This document shows, in pieces, positions 40,865 to 53,618 of a DNA stretch of 64,000 nucleotides (its first letter is position 1; each line of letters begins with the position of its first letter). The notes below the pieces were generated by a model. That model made no database searches. It was not told the DNA's origin and saw nothing but the letters and a program-made list of their open reading frames with translations. Source of the stretch: Utricularia gibba (taxonomy: Eukaryota; Plantae; Magnoliophyta); assembly GCA_002189035.1 (NCBI GenBank), contig NEEC01000010.1, positions 2,046,001 to 2,110,000 on the forward strand, in the 5' to 3' direction. The position numbers and the translations under genes are program-made.

Positions 40865-42503
40865 TCTAGCTTCTTTCTTCCGATTACTCCTCTACTCTAC
40901 ACAGAAAGAAATCCAGAACACCGGAGAAACCTCTCCCCGCAGATTACCAGAAAGATCGGTAGCTGAATACTCGAATTCAGCTCCTCACCAAGACGATGTT
41001 CAAATTCCCGTCAATCAGTATCACAATCCGAGTTCAGAATGCTTCCGACGGCGCTCGATTCCCCAAGTTCGCCCTAACCGTGTCCTCCCTCCGTCGCGTA
41101 TCGGACACCGAGAACGCATATGTATTAGTCTTTTATCCAGAATGAATGAATACTTCCATTATTCAGAGCAAACAGGAAATCGCCGTTATTTCAATTGGGT
41201 TACTACGCGCTGAATGACGGAGTCAAACTCTCCGGGTCTGCACACAAGCCATGGGCATCGTTGTCGTTGCGGGTTAAATGTCCATATCCAATGCACAAAC
41301 CATTGGCATCCCGCACAGTTCTCCGTGGGGCAAAGTAGTCAATTCACACTTGTGTCCCACCCCCCAAGGAAGAAAGAGCGTTGTGGCGGCAAGAAACCCA
41401 CCCCCACACAGTGTGCCGAGTTCCTAATTCCTTCTGCCGAGAAACCAATGACTCGAATACCCCTGTTTTTCAGTGGGGATTGAGATGCAACATGTATTGA
41501 CAAGAATACCCCCTTTTGCGACCTACACAGAAGAAGATGAGATACTTGTGTACGGATTGGTCAAGTGGTGGGAGCCGTACAGTTAGCCGCATCCGCTTTA
41601 TTCCGTATGAGTGAGTGTGGTTCCGGGTTCTTTTTAGTGAGCCCGGGGGGCTGTCCACCATGGATGGACCAACCTCCCAGAACTTCACTAGATTAAGACA
41701 TGGCATATTTTTTCAAGGAAAAGAAAGGCAAAGCGTCCCCTGATTGGTCAGTACGACGGACATAATGGTCTTTGTCCACAAGTGCCCTCTTTTATCATCT
41801 TCCCAAAGCTCCCGCTGCATACCTTTTAGGACATACTTTGTAATAACCACTTCCTCCTCCACAAAGCACTGCAAAAATAATGCACTTACCAAATACAATT
41901 AATTTTACAACTTTTCCGCAGCCATTCCATTTTACAAAAATCATTTTTTTTGGAATAAATTTTACTTAAAAAAGTAGAATTATATTTTATTGACTTTTCA
42001 AAAAAGTTTTTTCAAAAATACAAAATCCACCATAACTTTAATCTTATCTATAAAAAAAAATAAAAAATGAAGGAAAAAAGATAATATTTAAAAATTAATA
42101 AAAAAGCATCACCTCACACTTACTTTAGATTATGCGGAGGAGATAGATAAAGAACAAATCATGGAGCAAGCCTTTATTCGATTGGTTGAGATATTTTTGT
42201 ATAAAAAACCGAACTTTTACAAAAAGGATGACGGCGACTTAGTCACAAGAATATGAAATTTCATTTTGAAAAATAACCATTTATGTCTAAACACACATGA
42301 ATAAAAATGAGATGATTCTTCAAAATCACCCAGAATATCAGCATGAGCATGTGACGACAGAGTAGGGAAAAAGCATGGTTTGATTAAAAGAAAAAACTTG
42401 TATATAAATGATATGAAAGGCAGGGGTAATGCAGTACAGCACATGACTACTGGTCCGGTGAAGGGCTATTCATGGAAGTGAACTGCAATACAAGTCGTAT
42501 TAC

Positions 42504-44592
42504 CTAAGTGGGAAGCTGAACATCCACCTTGCCGATCTTCATGGCTTCGCTTGTCTCAGCACCCCTTTTATCTCTGTGGAAAAGCAAGGTTAGTTGATCG
42601 ATGAAGAGCTGGTTTTGTAGCTTCTGAAAATGCTGCCGCTTCCTCTCCATTTGGAAGTCTAGTTCCTCGAACTCATGGATCTTATCTTCAAGTTCTTTCA
42701 CCTGTTGGTGAAGAATGATGCTTGTCAGAGAAATGAGTAGGAGGGCATCGGTTTAGTTGTTATGAAATGTGGTACCTGATGTGCGATCCCAGTTATGGCT
42801 CTCTCCTGCTCTTCCTCTTCCTTTTCAAGAATTGATCTTGCCTCGTGAGTGATGTGGTCCAATGCGTTAGGTTCCTTGCTGTTGAGGGCATCCTCAGTGG
42901 CTGCATTCGCAGACATAACATACTTGGCTTGTTCCGCATCAGACTGAAAAATAAATCTTGCTACACAAAAAATGGATAATTTTCCAGAAGACTGCACACA
43001 TATGAATGAATATAAGGGAAAAACAGAACGATCACTAAACCGTCCTGCTAAATGTCAATTCCAAGCTGCATTCGTTTATTTTCTCGTAAACCAATGAAAT
43101 GTGAAAATCACCTTGCTGTTTTTCCTCACCAAGATCTGACAAAGCTGCCACGGCGGCCCTTGCAGCCACCTCTGCCACATCTACTCCAACCAATGTTGAT
43201 AGAAATGCAACCTGTGAAGATATAAACCAACGGTTAGATCATTTTTTAAGCGGAGACTGAGACCCAACAATTATATAATGTACTTGCTTCACAGCTAATG
43301 CATTCTATGAGGAAGTAACTTCATACTTGAGCCATGATTGGGTTACTTGTATCGGCAAGTGGTGATAAACACAACCTCTTGCTTGACATTGCAGCATTTT
43401 GTATTACTGAGTCAGTCTCCAACTCAACAGACTCAGGCGGACCATGAAACTGTTCTCCAAATGGGAGCATTATGAAGCGAGCCACACAATCCTTTGCACT
43501 TCTCCCACCACCAACATGATTTGCAACTTTTTTCCAGTCATCACCATAATGTAACAAAGCTTCAAGAAGTTGCAAAGTCTCCTTCTCACTCCAATCAGAT
43601 TTCGCTTCCTCACTGATCTCAATCCTCTTAAAATCTGAAGAACTTACACCCACTCTAAAATTACTACGGACATAGCACCTCGCGCATAGTGTCATATCAT
43701 GCTGCTCCAACAATAAACATAGCGTTCAGGTCTCAAATGCCATATCATGTTGTAAGGCCAAAAGACGATTAATGACTAAAGCCAAATGCTAGAATTCAGC
43801 AACTGATTAAGGCATTGACATCACATGATGCTAGATTGCAAAATGCACAACCAACACACGCTACGATTCAAAGATTATAACTTTACTGTCGAGAAAGTAG
43901 AGACGAGCACCTTCTCAGAGACGAAACAAGCAATGCTGCAAGCAGCTTTGCAACTACTGCAGTCTCTTTTAGTCTGGATAGAAATATCAGCACCACCACC
44001 ATGAAGGTCACCAGCCTGCACAGGCGTAGCCCCCGCTTTAGCCTCTTTATCGTCCCACTTCGCTTGCGGCTTCGATGGTGATGAATAATTTATCAAGCCC
44101 CAAGACTCCAGAAAATCAAATACCCTCCGAATAGAGCCCACATCACCAACTATCGTCTTCCGCACATCCGTGAAAGTTATCTTCCGGGTGGGATTTTGTC
44201 GGAAGCGCCGTATAATGGCATTCCTGTAATATTTATAAACCCTAGGGTTCTTCGACGGTGAACTTCCATCAAAGAACTCGGGCACGAACCTAGCCTCGCA
44301 TTCATGAATGGCGTTCCAGGTGAACCACCCTATGAAAAACCAAAGCCACAGAACATCACAAAGCAAGAAATCCAGAATCGAAATTTGCACAGGAAGCGTA
44401 TGCGAATAAGAGAATACGTGAATAGCTGGGAATGTGAATAGTGTCGACGTCGGTTTCTGTAGGCCGAGCTACTCCAGTGCCCGGTGTGGCAATAAAGGAG
44501 GAGGATGCGGACGCATCAGGCGTGACGGCAACTCCGGCGGCTGGGGATGGAGAGATCTCCGGTGACCGTTTGGGTGCAATTTCTGCCGCCAT
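42504..44592 (-). CDS. SWI3B: SWI/SNF complex subunit SWI3B
   Basis: SWIRM domain (IHIPSYS|WFTW, PEFFD, RRVFDFLESWGLINY), ZZ-like Cys motif, SANT domain (WSEKETLQLLEALLHYGDDWKKVA), NPIMAQ and a C-terminal coiled coil. Confidence 0.93.
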
Positions 44593-45782
44593 AGTTCAAT
44601 TAGGGCACCAACCGCAGCCAAGAACCCGCCCGGATTCAGTGTACAGCTACTAAAGCTCCACGTACAAGAATCCCTACGCCCGGCTTACTGTACACCCTAT
44701 TTAATTCAAAAGTATTTTGAATTAACATTATTTATTAATTCAAAAATGATATTAGAATCGTAATTACATTATCATTATTCATAATAAAGATTAAATTACA
44801 TTCGAATCTCTTTAGAATAAAAAAATAACTTAATATTTAATAAATAAATAAGACACCCAATTTGAGCTTATCATTTCGCATTTATTAAAATACTATGTAC
44901 AATGTATTTTTGATATGTACACACAGCATTACCAAACGACATCGTTTGGAAGGGCACATCGACGCGAAAAAACACCATGCAAGACGACTAAATGCACCAA
45001 TGCGACTCCACAGGACGGACGCTGGGGGGTACAGTAGCGTAGCACCCCCTCCATGAAGAAAAGAATCAGGTTGATTCCTCCTCCTAATCCACATGCATGC
45101 ATACATATATATACAGCATACTTCCTTTTTCACTGAGCTGGCCGAGCCAGGACCCCTAGTCCGGCCGGCCGGCCGACCACAGCTCTCCACCGGCCAGCCA
45201 CACAGCCGGCAAGGCAGAAAGAATAGTACAGGAAACTTCCCCCCCCCCCCCCCTTCAAGGTGGAAGGTACACCAGGTAATGTGTACTTACAAGGAGATGG
45301 TGTGCATTCCGGTGCACGCTCCTTTAGCGTCTCCAACGTGGGTGGGGACTGGAACCACTGAAAAGATTCTCCGGTGAGCTCGACAGACGATGTAAGAGGA
45401 CCTGCAGGTGGTCAGTATCAAGTCTCCAGCGGTTACCTTGAAATGAGAGTCATATCCAAAGAATCTATTCTGAACAGGGAGCCTGGAAAAACAGGGCGGA
45501 ATGCAGTGAATACCTCTAGAATGCGAAATGAATAGTCTGCAAGGCAAGATTTGAAGCCCGCCAATCTGGTGGCAGTGCTGCTGCTCTTGGTCCTGCTGCA
45601 GTCTAAGGGAACCTGGAAAATGGAATATGATTCACGTTACAAACTCTAAATGATCCAGACGGCGCAGACTGCAGGACATTGCTGGATCACTCAGTGATAA
45701 TGGTATGGAGACTGATATTGAAGGTTGATGGTTCGAGTTTAAAATGGCTAACCGTGACAGAGATTTTACCTTGATCAAGCTC

Positions 45783-47584
45783 TCACCCAGAATTTTGGTC
45801 AGAACCACCACCCGGCACGAACCGAGGAGGCTGTGAAGGTAGCACGAACTGGGGATGTTGTTGAGCAACGCCTGGTAGAACCATCATACTGGCACCAGCT
45901 CCACCTGTTCCACAATGAAAACATAGCCTTATTACATATGGTCGAAGGTTCGGATTCACAATGGTTTGTTTATGGACATGGTTTCCTGTCAGATTCTCTA
46001 CAAATTCATACAAAGATTACATGTTGAAATCCTTGAGCAAAACGGAGCTGCATGAGTATATATCTGGAACTGCACGATAACTAGTACAAAAAACGGAGCA
46101 AACAAAGAGTGATACCGAGGAATCAAATACATACCTGCAGGAAATGGAGCTGGAATGACTGGACTGGAAGTTGTTGTCAAAGGACTGCCATTGGTACCAC
46201 CAAACTGAACAATTTGATGGCCACCAGGCACCACAAATCTGGGAACTGAAGGATAACCATGACTTCCAGGAACAGAGGGGCTGAACTGGCTGTAAGGAAC
46301 CACACTTGGGTTAACTGTGCTCGGCATTCCATATACATGAAGAAATTGTTGATTTCCATATGGATTGTAAACCCCTGAAATCAAATCAAACTCATATGTT
46401 AAAATGGATTACATAGGTATTTGTATCCAGGTAAATTTTCCTTGTTGACCTGCGAGTATGGGTATTCTGGGCTATATGCAGCATAACTGCACGAACAAAA
46501 GGAATAAGTCTGATATCTGCCATGAGATTTCATGTAACATATCCATTTACACATTCCCTTGTGAAAAATAATACACAATCAGCCTGATCTCCTTTGTAAA
46601 ACGCACTACATTTTTTTGTTCTTTCTGATCAAACCTTCTTAGTAAGATATTGAAACATAAACAGCCCACACCTACTGGCATGTGCAAATGCACAATAAGA
46701 GATACAAAATGGTATAATAAAACAGAAAAAGCTCACCCATAGGGAGAATAAATCAACCCTTGTTGATATCCATAAGTCACAGGTTGCTGATAGCCAAAAC
46801 CCCCAACATACGGACCCCGTGGAGCTGGTAAGAAAGAGTATGTTGGTGGAGATCTAAGAGGGGGTACTACCCACGAAATATCATATAAATCAGACTTCAA
46901 CAGGTGTAATCTCCGATGTTAATATATAATATAAAAAAAACTGCATTTTCATGGTGTGCAGGGTCAAGAGGCATTTGCAATAATGCATTATGGTGCATGT
47001 AAGAGATCCTTTTACTGTCTTAATCTTCTGAAAACACAAAGAGAAATCAGAAGGCATACCAAAAGGCACTGCCGGACGGGGCCTCCCCAGAGATGCTAAG
47101 TTGCAATTTGCTCGTCTACCATCAATTACAGGAGCTGGATCAACACATGCTCTCATTGCTGATTCAGGTTCCCGGAAAGTCACCTAACCCCTCAACAAAT
47201 ATCATTTTTGGTCCCAGGTTATTCAGCTATCCCACTTTCTAGTTAAGGAAAATAGATCACATGCCTTAAAAAATCCAATGACCCCTAAACAACAATAAAA
47301 ATTGAAAACGTGTAAAAAAAAGGAAATTCATAAGAGCTCACAAATCCATATCCCTTTGAACGTCCGGTACTCTTATCCGTGATGACCACAGCCTCAAGAA
47401 TCTCTCCAAACTGTTCAAAGTACCGTCTCATCGTCTCACTTTGAGTTTCCCACGCTAACCCTCCCACAAAAACCTTGGTAAATGTGGTATCCCCAAATGG
47501 AGAATTCATATAATGGATTCCTCCAGGACCCGAACCCGATCCCGATCCTGGAGTTGGTATCCGTTGCTGCTGCTGGTAAGCCAT
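45783..47584 (-). CDS. Single-RRM RNA-binding protein (RBM24/38-like, ARP1-like), multi-exon
   Basis: [24 protein letters not shown]|[22 protein letters not shown]; low-complexity Y/P/G tail ending GGGSDQNSG*. Confidence 0.92.
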
Positions 47585-48825
47585 AATTGCTTAATCGAAC
47601 TAAATCAAAGGGATGGAGGCAAAGAATCTACAAGGGGTAGCAGCGACTCAAGTGATGCTAAAGCCGATCCTTTCAATAGATAAAACCATTTCAAATGGAA
47701 ACTCTGACGCAAGATACGATTGTAAGCGATCGGCAAGCCATATATACACACACCTAGATTATATGCCCGGGAGTACAAAAGAATTACGACAAAGAAACAT
47801 GCAGTTGCACAGAAATTGAACCAGATTGGGAATGATAAGAGATGACCAGAAGTAATAATTGATGCAGCCAGCAGGAAACTAAACGAAACCCCCCAAAAAA
47901 ACCCGGAAGCAAAAATACAACTTTACAGCAATATAGACAACAAGAACGAGGAGTAGAACTACAGAAAGGCAACAAAAAACCCTAATTTACATGAGGGAAT
48001 CCAGCGGGGGTCAAAACAGATGGGAAAACAAGTGGGGATGGATAAACATAGATATTGACCTTGATGGGGTAGTGGGTACAGGCCGAAAAGCTGAATATTG
48101 TTCATTCAAGCTTTCCCCCATCAAACCCCATCACCCCCAACAACAAAGTGATGCGCACCCAATCTCCGGCGAGGCTTTCTTTTATTCGGAGGAACCGTAT
48201 GTGGAGAGGGTTCTGGTTTTGAAACTCTGCTCAGGGAAAAGGTGGTGATGGGGGAAAGAGATAATCATCCTAAACAAGAGTGTCGTCATGATTTTTGTCC
48301 TAAACCAAATATTTTAACCTGTCACGAAACTCAATTTCAGGGATGCAATTAAGGAGAGATAGCTGGGGCAGAAAAGTAAACGATGAACTCACAGAAAATG
48401 ACAAAACGCTATTTCATGCCGTCACACAACCCAGAGAGGGAACACTGCTCGGATGGGACATCGCCGACGCCCTTCACTGTTCACCACCATCGCTCTCGCT
48501 CCAACTCCTCAAAATTTGATCTTCTTGATTGATCATTCGGTAATTTCCAAGTAGGATTTGTAGGTGATTAATAATTTGAAATATTCAACTTCATACTGAA
48601 GCCTAAAGACAGGGAACCTGCTTCAAATACAGAACCAAAAACAACGATGAAGGCATCATCTAATCCTACGGGGAAGCTGAGGAATTGGATCCAAGAAGGA
48701 AACCCTGAAGCCTGAATCAGGAACTTCAGTCATAATGCAAACTGCTTGGAAGCTTAACACCGATCCATTACCCTCGGCATAGTCGCTTAAGCTCTCGTCC
48801 TTGTGTACAAGGCTGTGATGGCCCT

Positions 48826-51800
48826 TCAGGTTTGCTTCTCGAACGGGACGCGCACGAAGAGGCGGCCGTGCATGCTAACCACCGCGGAGGTTGCTAGCGG
48901 GTCGATTCTTTCAGGTAGGCTGACAACCTGTGAGCCAAACGACCAATCATCCAAGAAGGAAAACCTGTCTGTCTCTTTGTTCCTTCTGTGTGTGTCTATT
49001 GTAAAAATGCATCATGAATGAATAAAGTTGCCTTCTTGAATGGTGTAATTCCCCATGGATTATCCAGTTGCTCCGGCTGACCGGTTATGACAATGCGTCC
49101 GGCAGGATCGGCCTGCACTCGCACCTGGAAAACGGAGAAAACATTTGAAAAGACAGACCAAGAGACGGGCGGCGGCTCCTTGAGAGGGGGGCATGTTACG
49201 GGAATAGATCACATAGACAACTCACCTCTTCACGCAGTAGCCCCGGCACCAAGGCATAAACCTCAAAGCAATCATGCTGCATTTCCAGAGGGCTATTTGA
49301 TTAATCTGACCTTCAAAAGAACATGGGAATTTGTAATCTAGCAATCATGGATGAACCCACCGTTTTCCGGACGTTTATCTTCACCCAATCAGCTGGAGAT
49401 CCATAACTAGTGACAGAGGATGCCAGTCTGCAAATTAGAACACAAAACGAAGGGGGTAAGATCTCGTAGCATAGCAGAATCAGCACACTATAAGGAAGCT
49501 TGCAACAGGCAAATAGCCAAAAACTCAACTGGTTTGATGTCTGGGAATGTTCAACATCACGTGGCCTCTTTTGCTTGAGAGAACCTAAGATTGCACAAAA
49601 GACATATCAGAAAGCTAAGTACAGCATCATATATCATCATAGTTTAGCTTACCACTGCTTTTGAAATTTCTTTCCCGCTTTGCAGCATTGTTGAAGTTCT
49701 TGTCCTAAAATGCAATTAAGAGTTAGAGCTTTGGTGCTAATGAAAGTTTAATTCCCCTAATAATTCTAAAGTTGGAATCTTTTCAGACCTTTGCAAATGG
49801 GTCAGCAGTGACAACATTTGGTGAGGGTTGCCACCCTTGAATTGCACGAGCAGCTGAATCTCTCCTAAGTCTTCCTGATCCAAACCCACCTCCTGATGCT
49901 TGATGACAGGTTTCCTGTGTATGCATAAAAAAATTTTCTAGTAATGAAGAATCCTTCAATCTCTGAACGTTGCCGCATTCTTCTTCAAACATGTGAAAGA
50001 AATACAACATCCATAAACGCGTATAAAACTGAGCGTTCAATATTTTCAAGGAAGTCCTCTGAAAAGAAATAGCAAAACTGGTAACTGGCTCTGGGAAAAC
50101 ACATTTTTGGGCCTACAAGAAAAAGTGAATGAGCTGAGGAAAGCAAAGTCACCCCTGTGTTGAATGAGACTTCAGCAATTGCTTCTGCTGGGAGTTGAAG
50201 CTCACCAATTTCCGTCTTATGTCTCTCAAACTCCAGAAGAGACTATGCAGATGGGAAACATGTATTAGCTATGCGCCTTTTCTATTTTAAATTTATACCC
50301 TTTTCTAGCCGGAGAAAAGATGTTTTGAGCACAAGATGAACATGCATCAAGGAAAATTGGAGCTTATGTAGTAAATTCCACGAGCATAAATAAGAAGTTC
50401 GAACTTGACCCTGAGCAGTGCATCTACCACACTACTTTTAAGTTTCCATAGCTATTGACAAAATGATACACCAAAAAGATACATTAAACAAAGAGCACAG
50501 AGCAGTTGGCGCACCTTCTCATAGAAAATTCGGAAGGTCCACGACACAGTTGTGCAGGTCCTGTAATCAAAGAAGGGTTTTAGAATTTAAGACATCAAAA
50601 TGCAGATAAATACTCAATCTCATTCCTAGAGTAAAGTCCCATGAACAAACAAAGTCTATGTTGAGACATGGAACTGAAGAACATGCAAGAGTCTAACTTT
50701 GGGGGATGGAAAGATTCACCCACAAGCTTCCACAACTTTGATGCGGTGACCTATACAAATACCAAAACATCAATTGGACTGAGAGAAAGAGTGAGCGTGT
50801 ACAACAAGAGTACGAGTTTCTATCACCAGGATAGAGTTGAAGGAAAAATATAGCGGGGCAATGCAGCTGCCAAGAAAGAATAAAGCACAAAAAAGGGACC
50901 CCCCACCAGAGTGTAGAGTATGTATACCTTGTCGTAGCCTCCCATCCTGATTACTGACCTCCATAGCCTAGAGAACGACAATATTGATGAAACTTCTCTC
51001 ATAGAATAGACCAAGATAATTGATAGCAGCAAGCTTACTTCAGACAATTTAAAGGTTGTCCATAGAATTTGGGTTGCTTAAAGTCTACTCCTCTCCCCTG
51101 ATGAAACACTTCCAACTCCCTTAGGAAAGATGCTTGGTCCTCTGGTGTTGCATCATCACCCTCTCCCATCTATATATTATAGGTCATCATTTCATGACTG
51201 CTTCATGCTTTACTTATTCCATTACACATATTTTCTTTACTATACTCACCACAGATATTGTTGGTGGAGTGAACGCACCCCTAACTGTTTCTATGCTCTG
51301 ACTTCCTGGATTTCTAGAAGACAGTTTGACGGGTAAATTTGGGGATGAAGTTTGACGCTCTTTAGTGACAGGAGAATCATTAACGCCATTTGCAGTGGAT
51401 GCAACAGGCTGCATTTTATCATCATATTCACAACTACGAAAAACTGCTTCATTGTGACGTCCTCCCTCATCATCTTTAGCTGCTTTATTATTATCTGAAA
51501 CAACAATGATATCCATTTCTTCACCCTTAAGGTCCAGAGAACCGACTTTGGCACACTTTTCGATTTGCAGAGCAGATAACTCAGCTCCAAGTTCACTATT
51601 TTTCTTAAAATTGCCATCTGAACTATTTTTTGTTTTCAATTCCCCTCCAGTTGGTTTAGCAAAATCACATGCGTTCTCAGCTTTCACTTCTTCCCCAGTG
51701 GGCTTAATGAAATCAGATATGTGATCCAAACCTTGCACACTGCCCATTTGGACACCATTCTCTCTTTGAGAAGCAGATAAATCAGCTCCAAGCATGCTAT

Positions 51801-52299
51801 TTCCCTTAGAATTGCCATCAAATATTTTCTCGGCTCCTATATCACCTTCAATGGGTTTGACAGAATCAAGTACCTGCTCTGGGATTTGGTTCAACCTAAT
51901 CTGACCATCATTTAGTTTGCATTCAGCCTTCTCTGAAACATCCAATCCGGGCTTCCCTTCATTCATCTCAGACTCAGTTGACTTTCGCCTCGGCACTTCA
52001 TCCTTCATACCAATAGCTTCTTGATCTTCAACATTCATGTTACTTAGATTTTCATTATCTGTCGCTGAAGCAATTCGCTTTGCACCATTCATTTTCTCAT
52101 TGGCTTTAATATCAAGTCCAGATTCATCCTTCACAGGACTCCTGACTCCATTCTTCTCTTCATCTTGATTACTTGATGTTGAAGCAGTGGCACAAGAAAA
52201 CTTTTCCCCTTCTCTGCCGTTGGAAGGATCTGAAACATTATTCCCACTATCTCGGGGACTCTGTTCTACATCATGATGTGGGTTTTCAGCATCCCCCAT
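48826..52299 (-). CDS. ARID/BRIGHT DNA-binding protein with C-terminal Hsp20/alpha-crystallin domain
   Basis: Long acidic first coding exon, ARID motifs (LWRSVIRMGGYDK|VTASKLWKLVGESFHPPK|TCTTVSWTFRIFYEK) and ACD motifs (WVKINVRKT, DPAGRIVITGQPEQLDNPWGITPFKK|VVSLPERIDP...HGRLFVRVPF). Confidence 0.92.
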
Positions 52300-53618
52300 C
52301 TCTAAGTCAGTTTGACTAATCACGAAACCTAACAAAAGAACTTAACCAAAGATGCATCCTTTACAATTAGCTTTAGCCATGTGGTAAAAGTTACATTAAA
52401 AGTTGAAATCTTCTAGCAAGTTTCCAGCATAAAATGATACATGAACTCATGACAATCACAGGGCTTAAAAACATCCAAGACAAGGAAAACCGAACGTTTA
52501 CACCCATTAACCTAATGTTGGATGCATAGGCGAACACACACAAACACACACACTGATGAAAAAAAAAACATGCACACGCCATCAGAACGGCAACTAAATC
52601 GCACCCAATGTCCCTCGTGTCGACAATGATAAGTATTCAAACCCTTGACCCCTTTACGTTTCTACCTGCACTTTTTACCGCTGGGTCATCCGCGGAATCA
52701 AGAAAACGCATGGTATCCGGCAAGCGTTCCACACACCCACTTGGAACGCCATCCAAAACATTACACAGAATGCATTGAGAAATTCAAAGCCTTGGCACAT
52801 AAAATCCCAAGCACTTCCTGGGCGCCGGCTTCCCAACTCATGAAAACCAGAAAAAAAAAATGGAGTCTCAAATGGACTCATCATAACCAGGCCGCACAAG
52901 GTTACGTGTTTTCAACTGAAAGAGTAAGTGCAACCAAGGAAATACAAATTCATAGGCGCATTAGACACTGCCCCAGATGACCTCACCAGGAAAATCATCG
53001 AACCACGTGAAAAAACAGCAAAAAACCCCCTTAAAAGTCAAACGCGACAGTTGCAACACGAATAAACTGAAGACAGCAGAAAAAAAACACTAAACCGCAG
53101 AAAACAGAACGGAAAATTTGCGTTCCCGATACAGAGAAGTCACGAATTACGTATAATTACTATGTAAACAGAAAACCGAGGAGATGGGCTTGACCACCGG
53201 AAAGTTACGGACTCACCAGCACGGTACGGAGGCGACGAACTCCGGGAGAGAAAGAGAGGGAAGTGGAAGACGGGCCGGACTCTTCCCGTTTCCGCGCCTT
53301 TGTAGTTACTTCGAAGGAACGAGCGAGCATCACTCATGATGAGCACCACGTGGATGTATTTGACCCCATTTCAAATGACTAATCTACCCCCTCCACTTTT
53401 CACACAGATTTTCATGTAATTAATTTAGTCCATTTTTAGTGGCATTATTTCCTTTTTTTAGTCCATTTCTTGGTGACATAAAATTGTCCTAAAATCAAGT
53501 TATTTTTAGAAATTGAAATCCACAGATAGATAATGTTACCGTACAAGAAGACAAAAAGAAACCGAGAAGCACCTTTAAAACAAAGGGATACAAAAGTCCA
53601 CGGGCAGAGAAACATCAG

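Noticed and set aside
53216-53337. Upstream ATG that could splice in frame to extend the ARID protein by ~50 aa
   Set aside because: It sits beside a promoter G-box (~53348) and probably lies upstream of the transcription start. The extension has no recognisable features.
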